Assembly: GCF_009914755.1 (NCBI RefSeq)
Contig: NC_060936.1
Strand: one strand, 5' to 3'
Length of the DNA stretch: 64,000 bases
Source: the human T2T-CHM13v2.0 reference genome, Homo sapiens
The notes beneath the pieces were generated by a model. That model did no database searches. It saw only the letters and a program-made list of their open reading frames with translations, and was not told where the DNA came from. Shown one piece after another: positions 28,241 to 40,660 of the stretch (position 1 is its first letter; each line of letters begins with the position of its first letter). Both the position numbers and the translations under genes were made by a program.

Positions 28241-29623
28241 GATAAATTGAAGGGATAAGGATGTAAAAATAAAGGAGAGAGAAAATTTAAACAACTTTGT
28301 TTGATGGTGGAAAATGAAGGAAATTTGTTTACACTACTCTTGTCTTCTCCCATTTTAATGTCTTTATTGTTTTGGTAATTGGTTAGTTACTAGCACTCTC
28401 CAGAAACTCAAAGAAGAGTTCCAGGATTCAAAGCTAAGCCTCGATATTTACAAAGGTAATGAGTCTGTCAGCCATGGGAAGTCAAGTGCTCTTACTGTTT
28501 GGTATTGCTCACCTCAATCCTAACCTAAAGGGACACCTTTCTTGGGGGATAACAGTTCATTTGTCTTCATGCTAACTCTATCAAGGAATTTTCCTGTGCA
28601 GAAAACAGCTAGTTTCACTAAGCTCTGTATGTGTGGTGTTTTTTATGTAGTGCACTGACAGCCAGTAACCGAACCTAATCCGTCAAACTCATTTCACCTA
28701 AGACCTCAAGTATAACTCCAATTCTGATCCTTAAGGTAAAGGTGTCACTGAAGTACTTAGTTCCTGAACTTTTGTTTTTGAACACATAGTACTCTGGGGG
28801 TTGGTGTAGGAGATGTGTTATTTCTCTTGTACTGAGAAATAAGTCATTATTTTTGGATGTTGCATTTAAAAATATTACGTTTGCCCTGTAATTTGCTTAT
28901 AATAGCTGCAATCTTTTTCAAGCAGCCATTGATGGAGTTGTTCTTTTGTACCAGTAGGTTTGCAGTTTAGTAAACTGTGTGGTTTTAATTTTTTTAATTA
29001 ATGCAAATGAATCTTTTGGAAATACTACATTATTCCTGGTAAGATAAAAATCAGGTATTTTAATTTTGTCTACATTTCAGAAATTAATAAAGAATTTGGA
29101 TTATAGCATTGATCTTTAAAAAAAAATTCAACACTTTTAATTGTGCCATGTATTTTTAAAGCATTTTCTTGTGGAATAGATGTATTTTAATGTATCTCAA
29201 AATTATTTCTGCCAGCTATTTAATATTTCTCATGATTGAGAGGGCACTAAAACAGGCATTTCAGAGCTATTTCTGCTCCACAAAATGTCTGCCCTTTGTT
29301 TACTCATGTGTTTGTTGGACAATTTCGTGTTTTCTGGAGAACAGGGACCACTTACAGGTAAAAAAAGACATTTAGTGATATTTGCTCTGTAGATACGTAC
29401 TGTGAAACGGCTAAAAAAAATGGGTAAGAAACCATCAAAACCAAAGATTATGTCTACCAGTAAGTTAGCAGAGCTTACTCTGTTGTTAACGATCCTACTT
29501 CAGTAAGATCCTACTTCAGAGTTTTACTTAAGTAAAACTCCTGTGGTATAACTGACTACTATTTCATGTGGAGGAGTTAATAATAACTTAGAAAATAAAT
29601 TTAAGACGTTTGGCCAGTGTGTA

Positions 29624-29882
29624 TTTTTTTTTTCAGTTTCAGTTTAATTTTTTTCTTTTATTATTATACTTTAAGTTTTAGGGTACATGTGCACATTGTG
29701 CAGGTTAGTTACATATGTATACATGTGCCATGCTGGCGCACTGCACCCACTAACTCATCATCTAGTATTAGGTATATCTCCCAATGCTATCCCTCCCCCC
29801 TCCCCCCACCCCACAGCAGTCCCCAGAGTGTGATGTTCCCCTTCCTGTGTCCATGTGATCTCATTGTTCAATTCTCACCTAT
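29624..29882 (-). mobile_element. L1PA2-type 3' end, severely 5'-truncated
   Basis: gcacattgtgcaggttagttacatatg; cactaactcatcatctag (GAG at the site where L1HS-Ta has ACA); catgtgatctcattg. Confidence 0.9.
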
Positions 29883-31542
29883 ACATTTTATTACCATAGA
29901 ATGTTTACTTCTATTAGTTTTACCTTTAATATTCAGAACTACGTGATGGATCAACTTTGACCTTCAAAAATTAGTCTAATATCGCTTTGGAAAAATGAGA
30001 GAAGCAAACATTCCTGGATTCAAATAACTTTTGGAATTTTATTTAAAAAAAGACATGATTGTTAACTAGCATAAGTCATGTTTATAAAATGCTGTCTATT
30101 TAAATTTCTTGGATCTTTAAGGGAAACAAGTTATTTTATTTAACATTTATGCAAGAAGAGAGTATTCTTATTTCCTGATAATGCTTAAATCTCTAAAAAA
30201 CTGAATTTTAAATGGGTGTCAAAACTTTGGCATAACGTTTATAAGAGAAGTAATTTATAAGACAGTAATATTTGAACATAGTCATAAATTTTTTAAGCAA
30301 GTTGCATTATGATTATTACCCCATCATTACATTTCAATTAGAATCTATTTAAATATCATTGATATAATTTGGAAATAAGTATTTGCAGCCAGTCAGATTT
30401 GAATTACGAACATGTAAATACATTCTGGTATTTCTAAATTTAAGTCTCTCTTTTAAAGTAGGCTTAAAGATAATAAAAGCATATATAACTTTTTTTTTCC
30501 AATTTGTGAGTCAAGTTGGAAAATGGCAGGGGTTTATTTTAAGTAAATATTCACTGTCTAATGAAACACATGAGATTAAAGCATCAAAAATCTGTGGACA
30601 CAATTATTTACTTTTGGGGCTCAAAAGATCATAACATTGCAATTCAGCCTTAGCAAGGATGATGGAAAAAGTTCTTACTATGTTAAATGCCTTGGAAACT
30701 TTCCCCAAATCATAAACTCAGTACAGTATTTTTATCTTAAATACATAACATTTAAATACCATATCTACAATTATCGTTCTCTCCCATTGCCCCTGAGCAA
30801 CTCCATCTTATTGCACTGATCTCTGCATTACAAGAGAATAAAAGCACCTGCCTCTCTAAATAAATACACTCAGGCTTTGGTTCCTTGGTGGCTCATCAAG
30901 GGAGTTCAAAGATAAACAATTCAATCAATTGCTTGTTTTTTTCTTTATTATAAGAAAATATCGGTTTAAATGATTTTTTACAGATGAACAGAATATTATT
31001 TTGATTGAACACACAAGTTATTTTGGCATCATGTTAAACCTAGCCTCAGGGTTGCTTACTTAAAAATAAATCTGCACTTTTCAACTCTTCCTCAGGATAC
31101 TAGTCTTCTAATCGGCAGATTTCAGATTGTTTTCCCTATTTTTCTTTTTCATTATAATTTTGCCTGGGTAGTTATAGTCTCAACTTTCACTTCTAATCAG
31201 CCTTATTCACAAACTGACTAAATAATCTACTAAGATGTTGTGAAGACATGAGGAAAAGATACCATTGGCTCAAAGTATCTTGTTTACCCCTAGCTATAGA
31301 CCTCTTGTTTCTCATTCACAAATTCCTCTTTGTGGGTCAAAGCCTCTGAGAACTATTTGTTATCAGGTACATACATGTGGGAATTTAGTTTACTTCAATA
31401 AACATGTGTTGAGAGCTGTGGGGAAGGAAAGAATGACACAGATTCTGCCCTTAAAGAGCTCACAATGTAATGAGGAAGGCAAATCTTTAAATGGAAATTT
31501 AAATATTTGCATATGTACTAAGGGAACACAGAGGAAACTCAC

Positions 31543-31900
31543 TGTATTAGTCCGTTTTCACACTGCTTTAAATAAATACCAATGCCTGGGTAATTTATAA
31601 AGGAAAAAGATTTCATTGACTTACAGTTCTGCATTGCTGGGGAGGCCTCAGGAAACTTATAATCATGGCGGAAGACCAAGCAGAAAGAAAGCTTCTTCAC
31701 ATGGTGGCAAGAGAGAGAAGAGTGAATGAGCAAAGGGGTAAGAGCCCTTATAAAACCGTTAGATCTTGTGAGAACTCACTCACTATCATGAGAACAGCAT
31801 GGGGAAAACCGCCCCCATGATCCAATCACCTTCCACCAGGTCCTGCCCTTAACAAGTGGGGATTTGAGATGAGATTTGGGTGGGAACCAAAACCATATCA
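31543..31900 (-). mobile_element. THE1D/MSTA-like MaLR solo LTR
   Basis: tgtattagtccgttttcacactgct...gaggcctcaggaaactta...gagatttgggtggga...accatatca. Confidence 0.92.
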
Positions 31901-32007
31901 ACCACTTACTGTAATCTGGGGCTGGGGACAGCCCTGGGGAAGACAGTAGATGATATGACCATTATCTGGGCTCTTAAAGGGTGAGCACATGCTAGCCTGG
32001 TATCAGA

Positions 32008-32010
<3 letters not shown>

Positions 32011-32050
<40 letters not shown>

Positions 32051-32109
32051 GTCTGTATGTGTGTGTGTATGTGTGTTTATGTGTGTGTCTGTGCACATGC
32101 ATGTGTGTG
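32011..32109. repeat. (TG)n microsatellite, perfect then degenerate
   Basis: Read directly from the sequence. Confidence 0.95.
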
Positions 32110-32864
32110 TTGGGGGCATGGAGAATGGGCCAATGGATGGTAGGGAGATGAAAGACATTTCAGCCAAGTCCATGTAACTTATATTAACATGTTTAAAAAG
32201 GCATGGAAATAATATTGTGTACAAGGGATTGAATTCAAAAGTCACTCGGGGATAAGAAGAAAGTAGTGAGAAAAGAAACTAGATAAGTAGATGTGGTCAG
32301 GGCATAACAGGCTTTATATTCCATCCTAAGGATCATGGCCTTTATTCTGTAGGTGGTAGAGTAACATTAAAGCAGAATAATGACAAGGTTAGGTCTACAG
32401 TTCAGAGTAGTCATTTTAGCAAAAGCTCAGAGGAATGGACTTCAAAGAGGGCAAGTCTGCAATGTGGCAGGTAACGGGTAGGAGGCTATGGCAACAGTGC
32501 AGCCTTGATTAAGGGCAGCGGTAAAATGTAAGGAGAGAAGATGACATATTTGAGAGCAAAAAAAGCTATCCATGCCTTTTATTCCCACCATTAACCTTTT
32601 ATATTAGAGGAGCACAGGACATGGAGAAGGAGACCCATGTGCATGTGATGGAGTAGTGCTGAAGATTAAATGAGTTAATACACATGATCAGTACTATAAA
32701 AGTGTTTGCTATTATTATTATTGGGGGCAAGGGAGAGTAAAACTCAGAATGATTTACTGACCTTAACATACAGGCATCAGTGGAAAGCTGCACTTATGGT
32801 CTAGATCCTGGGGACATGGATCTTTTAGAGAGTCATGAACAGAGAAGATAAGGCATGCAAAAGG

Positions 32865-32935
32865 GAGAGTCTCAGTAGCTGCTGACAAATGGAAACTATG
32901 AGAGAGTCTCAGTAGCTGTAGACAAATGGAAACTA
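32865..32935. repeat. Tandem duplication, period 37
   Basis: gagagtctcagtagctg(ct/ta)gacaaatggaaacta occurs twice. Confidence 0.95.
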
Positions 32936-34536
32936 CCTTTCAAGCTGTATCAATGCATCAAGGGGACACAACGGAAGTAGGGAGTGCTCTGAGTCACTTC
33001 ATGCAGAAAAAAGGGAGATGTTTGGATTAACCACAGCTTCTGCTGTCCCTTAAATAGCAGTAGGATGCATTCAGAATCCCCTGAAAATAAGTGTCATTGC
33101 ATTCTCTTTTATGCTACCATCCTAGAAAGTACACTAGGAAGATGCAAAAGCATTTGGATAGAAATCCACAGAAGTGACACATGTACATTCCATCAGCATT
33201 TTTGCTTTGCTCAAGGATTTTTGTTGGACCTAAAAAAACTCTGATCTGTTTGGAAAGAGGATTTGCATTTGCAAATAGATTTACAGGCAGATCCAACAAG
33301 CAGCACTTTGCCATTTGCAAATCCACTTGAAACATCTGGGTTCCTGTCTAGCCCTAAAATTCTTATATAAATGGACAACCCTAAGATCATAGTTTGGACA
33401 CGATTTTTTAAAAATCAAGATAAATGCTAAGTAATTTGCATAATTTGTTGGTTTCGAAAGCACAACCTATTTTGTTAACAAAATAAAAGAACAAAGAGAA
33501 ACTAACCTTTTTCTGTTAAAGGAGAATTAAATAAGTGAAATCAATAAACAACAATAAAAGCACTTTGACTTTGTTAACTGGAGAAAGGCTGTGTGACATT
33601 TCTGTGAAACAAGCTTGTTAATAAGGGTTTTAATTTAGACTGAAATTCTACCTATTCTCCTAATGGTAAAATACATTTTTTAAAAAAATTGTATCAATGA
33701 CTTATTTATTGTGGATCTGAAAATATATCCTAATTGTGACTTTTTTTATATAAAAAGGAAACTAGTGAGGCTCTTCTCTAGTATAAAAAAGTATTATAAT
33801 ATAGACAATATAAGATTTAGTCAGGCTAAATTTATACTGTACCAGTAGACTATAAGAATTCCATTAATGCTCCATTGATATCATCAATGAAGAAAAAGGC
33901 AAAATGGATGCATTGCTTCTGCTCCACTGGGTCTGTAATGAAGCAGCATTATAGCAGCTGCTGTCTTTTTAAACAGCTTTGCTTTTTTTCCCAAGGCATC
34001 ACTTGGTATATTGCAAGATTCTCCAGAAAAATATCTTTTGACCTTGTGGCCCTTTCTTTTTATTATTTTTTTTCCAAGAACCATGGCCTTCCATTTGCCA
34101 CTGTGGTGCTATGCTGTAATTTAAAACGTACAATGGAAATTTCAAATAAAAAGGAAGAGTTTGAGATAGGTACTTCCAAAGGCATCTGTGGCAGTGAATC
34201 CTAATATTTCAGGAATCTCGGCCATTAGAAACTCTCACAGCCTTTAGTGATATGATGGAGAACCTGCTAAAGGAATGGAAATCTCAATCATTCTTTCCTT
34301 TACTTGATTAAGAAAATATATACAAAGCTCTCTACAAAGGTACAATTAATATTTTGTCAAACTATAAAACCATAGTGCTGAGCTAGAATCCCATCCAATT
34401 AACCTGTTTGTTTCAGCTGTTGGCATGACATGACACTGGTTGTCACTGCCAAATCATTCATGCAGCAATTCACTTTCATTGCTAAGGTGGCCTAAATGAA
34501 CAGCCAGGTCTATTGAAGTTAGTTCATTCTCTCTCT

Positions 34537-34584
34537 GTGTGTGTGTGTGTGTGTGTATGTGTTTCTGTGTGTGTGTGTGTGTGT
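34537..34584. repeat. Interrupted (TG)n microsatellite
   Basis: Read directly from the sequence. Confidence 0.9.
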
Positions 34585-34849
34585 GCATATGTCTGTGTGA
34601 TTTGACAGCTTCTATAAACCCACCTGAAAGAATAGAATAGAAGATATTTCAAGGCTAAAACTTTTAAATGATGAAACTTAAACTTTTGAAATTATGTTGC
34701 CCTGGGCATCCGTATTAATAAGAGGGGCAATATATGCAAAGAAGCACAAGAAAAATATAAAGAATGCAGTAAATTCACTGAAAATAAGAAATTATTGAAT
34801 AATGATAATACTTGAGCTACCTTTCTAAATTCTACAAGGTGAAGTTCTG

Positions 34850-36160
34850 GGTTTCCTACAATCTAAAAATATCTGACACTCTGTAGATATTCAAAACACA
34901 TTATCATTGTTTTCCAACCAGAATTGCCCTGAATTCCAAAATTTCCCATTAATTGCTTATGGAATATTACTCTTAGATGATCTAGCTCAGAATTAAGACA
35001 TCCAATAATAGGCTGGGCATGGTGGCCCATACCTGTAATCCCAGCACTTTGGGAGGCTGAGGTAGGTGACTTGCTTGAGCTCAGGACTTTGAAACCAGCC
35101 TGGGCAACATGACGAGATCCTGTCTCTACAAATTAGCTGGACATGGTGGTGTGCACTTGTAGTCCAGCTGCTGGGGATGCTGGGGTTGCAGTGAGCCAAG
35201 ATCACACCACTGCACTCCAGTTTGGGCAAACAGTGACCCTGTCTCAAAAAAAAAAAAATCTCCAATAATAATTCTTACTCTTGCATTTACTTATGCACTA
35301 AAACTCCTGCCTCTCTTCATCTGAACTCTGCCAACAGATATATATTTTTTTCAGTGAATGGTACCACCATTTATCTACTGCTGACAATAGCCACTTGGAT
35401 GCCATCCTGGATTTATTCTCCATACTCTACTGCAAATCAAGTCATTTTGACCTAGTAATTTTCCATCTGATATAGCTCTCAATTCCATTCATTATTCCTC
35501 ACCATCCTGGCACCCCTTAAGTTTAGACTTTCAGTGTTTTTCCCTTTGGTTACTGATTATTTCATTTGATTATATTTCAAAAGTTTACCTTTTTTGGTCT
35601 TCTTCATTTCTTTCTAATTTATTCTGTACACAATTATCAATGATCTTTCCAAAATTTCACACTAGTATGTCACTCATCTATTTTAAAGGTATCAATGGTT
35701 TACCAGCTCATTAAATATAAAATCTGAACTCTTTAGCTTACGCAAGGCCCTTCCTGATCTGCCTTCTTATGCCTTTGCAGTATTACCTTTCCCTGTATCC
35801 TTATTGGATCCTTACCAAACTACTTGCAGTTCCTCAAACGTTCCATACTTTTTCTTGCCTCTTTCCATTTATATGTACTATTTCCTCTACATAGAATGTT
35901 ATCTTCCTTTTCCCCATGATCAATTTCAACATTTCACTTAACACAGTGAGATGAACACTCCATAGAGGAGTGTTCCCAGATCTCCATGCTATGAATTTTG
36001 GTTTCTCTATAACAGCTAGTGTATACCTTCAGCACAGCACTCATAATATTATAATATGATGCCCATTGTACTCATTTCTTCCAGCATGATGTGAGCTTTT
36101 TGATAGTGAGGATTGTGTCTTAAATCTTTGTCTTCAACAGCAATTTTATGCTTGACTTGA
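34850..36160 (+). mobile_element. L2 fragments, interrupted by AluJ
   Basis: tcagtgaatggtaccaccattta; aaaatctgaactctttagctta..caaggcccttcctgatctg; atgtgagctttttgatagtgaggattgtgtctt. Confidence 0.75.
35011..35258 (+). mobile_element. AluJ with internal deletions
   Basis: ttgcttgagctcagga; middle A-rich linker and part of the right arm are missing; TSD tccaataata. Confidence 0.9.
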
Positions 36161-36269
36161 ATTCATTCATTCAGCAAATACTGATTAAGTAGTTATTATT
36201 TGTAAGGAATTCTTCCAGTCATTGGAATGAGCAAATCAAAGCTCCTACTTTGTAGGCTGAATTTTGTCT

Positions 36270-36590
36270 TCCAAAGCTCAAGTAAGCTTACCTGGTTGGC
36301 AATACCCCATACATATTGTCAAAAATCATTTCTGGGAGAAGACAGTGTTGTTCAAGATACACTGGGAGAGGACGCTGGAAAATCTGCATGTGGAGCTCTC
36401 GAATATGCCTTATGTACCTCTTCCCTTGATTAATTTTAATCTGTACTCTTTCACTGCAATAAACTGTAACCATGAGTATAATAATTTCCATCAGTTCTGC
36501 TAGTCATTTTAGCAAATCATTGGTTTTTGGGAAACCCCGACCTTGCAGGTCTTGTCAGAGAGAGTGGGCATGGGAACTCTCTAACTTTTC
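36270..36590 (+). mobile_element. MER77-like ERVL LTR, 3' part
   Basis: cctggttggcaatac...gggagaggacgctggaa...cttcccttgattaattttaatctgta...aataaactgtaaccatgagtataa. Confidence 0.7.
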
Positions 36591-37039
36591 AGGGGCTAAG
36601 AAACGTGGGGCAAGTAAATATTGGTGAACATTACTGTGTGTGCCACTGTCCTCCACAATCTATTTTCCAACTACCAGCTAGAGAAATTCTCTAAAAAGTA
36701 CGTCATTTTACCTTTCTGCTCAAACCTCTCCAATGATTTTTCAGTTTATAGGATAAAAACCAGATTTGTTAACGTGGATTACAAAGGACATATATAATAC
36801 AGTCTTTTGCAAACTGCCTGATCTCAGAGCCAACTATTTTTCCTGGCAAGATAACAGCTACAGCCCAACTGGCTTTCCTTGACTATTTTAAGCATGTATC
36901 TGTCTTAGGAATTTTGAACTTGTTATTCCCTTTGCCCTTAATATTCTTTTCACTCTTTTCCCCATGTGTCATTTACCGAATACTCTCTTCAGTACCTCCT
37001 TCTCTAATGTGCTCCTTAAATTCCCATAGTGATTTTCAT

Positions 37040-37395
37040 AGGGCCATCCCCCACATAGGCATCCCTTTTCTAATGCAGTTTTCCATTGCCCATCTGCCTG
37101 ACCATATGGCCAAACCACTGGCTACCACTCATGGGTCAGTAAAGGCCCAAACATAGTGGACTTTTATCACCATTCAATTCTTTCATCACAGCAAGGAAAA
37201 CGGTATGCAAATAAACTCATTGAACTGGTTTGTTCTTACCTTCTTCAATCAGTCATTTCATATGCTGGTCTTAGTGCAGCAGTCTTCCAAATAGGATGCT
37301 GTGTTTCCACCTTGAAAATGCCATCTATAAACGAAGCATCTTTTTGTTGGTCAACAGAGAGCTGTTCATAGGGCACTGTCCATGTGACCATAGGA
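37040..37395 (-). pseudogene. Class III ERV (ERVL) pol RNase H remnant
   Basis: Minus-strand translation gives WTVPYEQLSVDQQKDASFIDG and YVWAFTDP*VVASGLAIWSGRWAMENCIRKGMPMWG, matching retroviral RNase H motifs (WFTDG..., FTDSW.VANGLA.W). Confidence 0.8.
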
Positions 37396-38717
37396 TGTGT
37401 CAGTTACTCATGTGGTTCCAAGTCAGACCTATGGGAAAAAAGGCTCAATAATTACCATCCTGCATTCCCTCAGTAACATGTTTCTGCACAAACCATACTT
37501 ATTTTATTATGAAACTCTTCTGGACACTACCCTCTTTATAAAAACGTTTCTTCATCATCTCCCAAGACATTGTGGGTGTTTCAGATTTCAAGATTATCTT
37601 ATGTCCTTCAGTCATAGGAACAGTTTCAATTAATACCCAACAGAGACCCAGGAATTTGTTCCACAAGCACCTGTATTGCATAAATATTCAATTATAAGAA
37701 AGAGGAAAATGGTTTTTGGGAAGAAAAAAAAATAAAAGACTGCACCCAGGCAGAGGAGTCTAAGAAGGCTTTCTTAGGAAATTTAAATCTATGCTAATGT
37801 CAGATTATTTTAGCCAAATGAAGAAGAGTGTTTCAGCCAGAAAAAAATATGATGTGCAGAGGCCCTGAGTTGAGAAAAAGCCTGGCACAGTTAAAGACCT
37901 AAATAAGAGCTCTAGGAGAGTGAATGTGGGCCAGAGGTTTTAAGACCTTAATTCTTATTGCTATATTTTTTAATATCAGCAACTTTATGTGTATGATAAT
38001 CAATTCAAAAATATATATATTGTGACAGAGAGAGAAAAATTAGACAGTAGATACCTGTGAATAGGATGAAATGTTATTTCCTAGATGTTACTTATCTTCT
38101 CCATAGCAGACATATTTCTATGTAACCCCTATCAGAGAGGTACAGAGATGAGGGAATTTTGCAAGACCAAGGTTATTTCAGTTTCTCCTGGTTGGCATGA
38201 CTCAAGAAACTTTGTGGAATCTGAGAGATGCTTTCTTTTTCAAATTTGAAGCTGAGGAGCATCTTCCAAAGGTGTTTCTTGTAGGGCAAAGAAGAACTTA
38301 AGACTGCATTGTGATACAAAGTCCATCAAATGGGTTTGTTGCTTCTACTTTTAGTTTGAAATACCATGAGAATGAAGATACAAGGGAAAAAATAAGCCAT
38401 AAAGGAAAAGATATTAGGTAACCTTCAACTTTGCAAATCTTGTCTTCTCTTTAGCTCCAGCTATTACAATTATCATCAATCAAAATGAGTTGTCAGTGAA
38501 AAAGAAGATTATCACCATTTAAACCAATCTGATAAACATATTATATAATAGATACTAGGTTAAGTACCATACCTGAAACAAAGAGTTCCTAAAATTATAG
38601 CCTTGAAAATGTATACTCCTGGGCATGGTTACCTCGGCAGTCCATGGGTGTTTTTCACTTATAATCTAAGAAGCCTGATTTCCCTAATCCAATTATTTAA
38701 TTAATTATACATTCTTA

Positions 38718-39247
38718 AATTGGTTCAACCATTGTGGAAAACAATGTGGCGATTCCTCAAAGACCTAAGAACAGAACTACCATTTAATCCAGCGATCCCA
38801 TTACTGGGTATACCCAAAGGAATATACCCATAGAATTAACCTAAATGCCCATCAGTGGTAGACTGGATAAAGATAATGTAGTACATATACACCATGGAAG
38901 ACAGCCATAAAAAGAACAAGATCACGTCCTTGGTAGAAACATGGATAGAGCTGGAAGCCATTATCCTTAGCAGACTAATACAGAAACAGAAAACCAAATA
39001 CCACATGTTCTCACTTATAAGTGGGAGAAAATGTTGAGAATACGTGGACACATAGAGGAGAACAACAGATATTGAGGCCTACTGGGTGGAGGGTGGGAGG
39101 AGGGAGGGTATCAGGAAAAATAACTAAGAGGTACTAGGTTTAATACCTGGGTGCTAAAATAATCTGTACAACAAATGCCCATGACACAAGTTTACCTATG
39201 TAACAAACCTGCGCATATGTCCCTGAACTTAAAATAAAAGTAAAATA
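38718..39247 (+). mobile_element. L1PA11-13-type 3' end
   Basis: atcaggaaaaataactaa...catgacacaagtttacctatgtaacaaacctg; 17-bp TSD ttaatta(t/c)acattctta at 38701-38717 and 39248-39264. Confidence 0.92.
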
Positions 39248-39493
39248 TTAATTACACATTCTTATTTCCATTCTAACTAGTTAATACACGTGTGACATGT
39301 ATATTATATTCTTACATCATTTCCCTTAAAAGTAGAAATAGTGCTAAAATAAAAAGAAAAAAGATGGTATTATCCACCTAAAAATAAAAAAATATACAGC
39401 AGTGTGAGGTTCGGAAAGGGAGAGAATACAAAATTGCTGTTTTTAGATGTATTATAGTAAATTGGCAAGTTATTAATACATTACTAGCCTAAA

Positions 39494-40660
39494 TTCATTC
39501 ATTAAACAAATGTTTATTTAATAGCTATTATTTGCCAGATACCAGTCTAGGCATTTGGGCTAGTGTAGAGACCAATAAACAAAGATTACTTTCTTTGTCG
39601 GGGATGCATTCTTCTGGCAAAGTCAATATATAACAGCTATATTACAAAGGTTTAAATGCTATGAGGACAAAAGGTAGAACAGAATACAGGGATAGGCAAT
39701 ATCAGAGAAGGAATGCATCAGGTAGAATTTTAAATACTTAGTAAGAATACACTACATTGAGAGTATAAAAACTTGAAGAAGAAAGAAATTAGTCATGTTT
39801 ACATCTTAGGGGAAGGATATTGTAAACAGAATAAATACCTCAAAGGCATTGAGAATGTACCTGGTGTGTTGAGAAAACAGGAGAGAGGAGAGTGTGACCA
39901 GGGTCGGAATAGCAGGAGATGAAAACAGGGCGTAGAGAATAGAGAACCAGATCATTCAAGGCCTTGGGTGCCTTTGTAAGGACCTCGGGTTTTACTGAGA
40001 GTAGTATGAAGGGCTATTGGAAAGTTTGAAGCAGAAGAATAACATGATATGGCTTATATCTTAAAGAATCACTGTGGTCCTATGTTGAAAAATAGATTGT
40101 GGGTAGTAGGACATAAGGCGAAGCAAGGAGACCAGGTAGGAGATACAATGGTTGGTTTTATATGTAAACTTGTCTAAGCTATAGTGCCAATTTATTTATT
40201 CAATCACTAATCTAGATGTTGCCGAGAAGACATATTGTAGATGTGGTTAATACCTATAATCAGTTTACTTTAATTAATGGAGATTATCCTCAGTAATGTG
40301 GGTGGGCCTCACCTAATATGTATGTATATATATGTTTATAAATATATGATGATGTATGCACACACATGTGTATATACATGTTTATAATGTGTATATATGC
40401 ACATACCCATATACACACAGCCATATACACATAGCCTATTCTGTTTCTCTGGACAATCTTGACTGATAAAGGAGGCTATTGCAACAATGTTGCAAAATAG
40501 AATGGTGGCTGGGAGCAGGATGGTAATAGTGCAGGTAGTGAGAATCATTTGATTCTGGATTTATTTACTTCAGAATTTCCAGACAGGTTGGGATGAAATG
40601 TAAGAGAAAGAGAAAAATCAAGGAGGGTTCTAAGGTTTTCTGCCTGTGCCTGAGTCAACT
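39494..40660 (-). mobile_element. L2a, interrupted by an MLT2 LTR
   Basis: ttcattcattaaacaaatgtttatt; tgtaaggacctcgggttttactgag; gagaccaggtagga...ggaggctattgca. Confidence 0.8.
40144..40470 (+). mobile_element. MLT2D-like ERVL LTR
   Basis: atggttggttttatatgtaaacttg...cactaatctagatgttgc...ttctgtttctctggacaatcttgactgata; TSD ggaga / ggagg. Confidence 0.8.

Larger units (their letters stand above)
31390..32560 (-). mobile_element. L2, interrupted by a THE1 LTR and a (TG)n tract
   Basis: ttctgcccttaaagagctcacaat; ccatcctaaggatcatggcctttattctgtaggt; gtaggaggctatggcaacagt. Confidence 0.65.

Noticed and set aside
33875-34204. 109-aa ORF in unique sequence
   Set aside because: It begins at a non-ATG codon, shows no recognisable domain or coding-like composition, and its length is compatible with chance.
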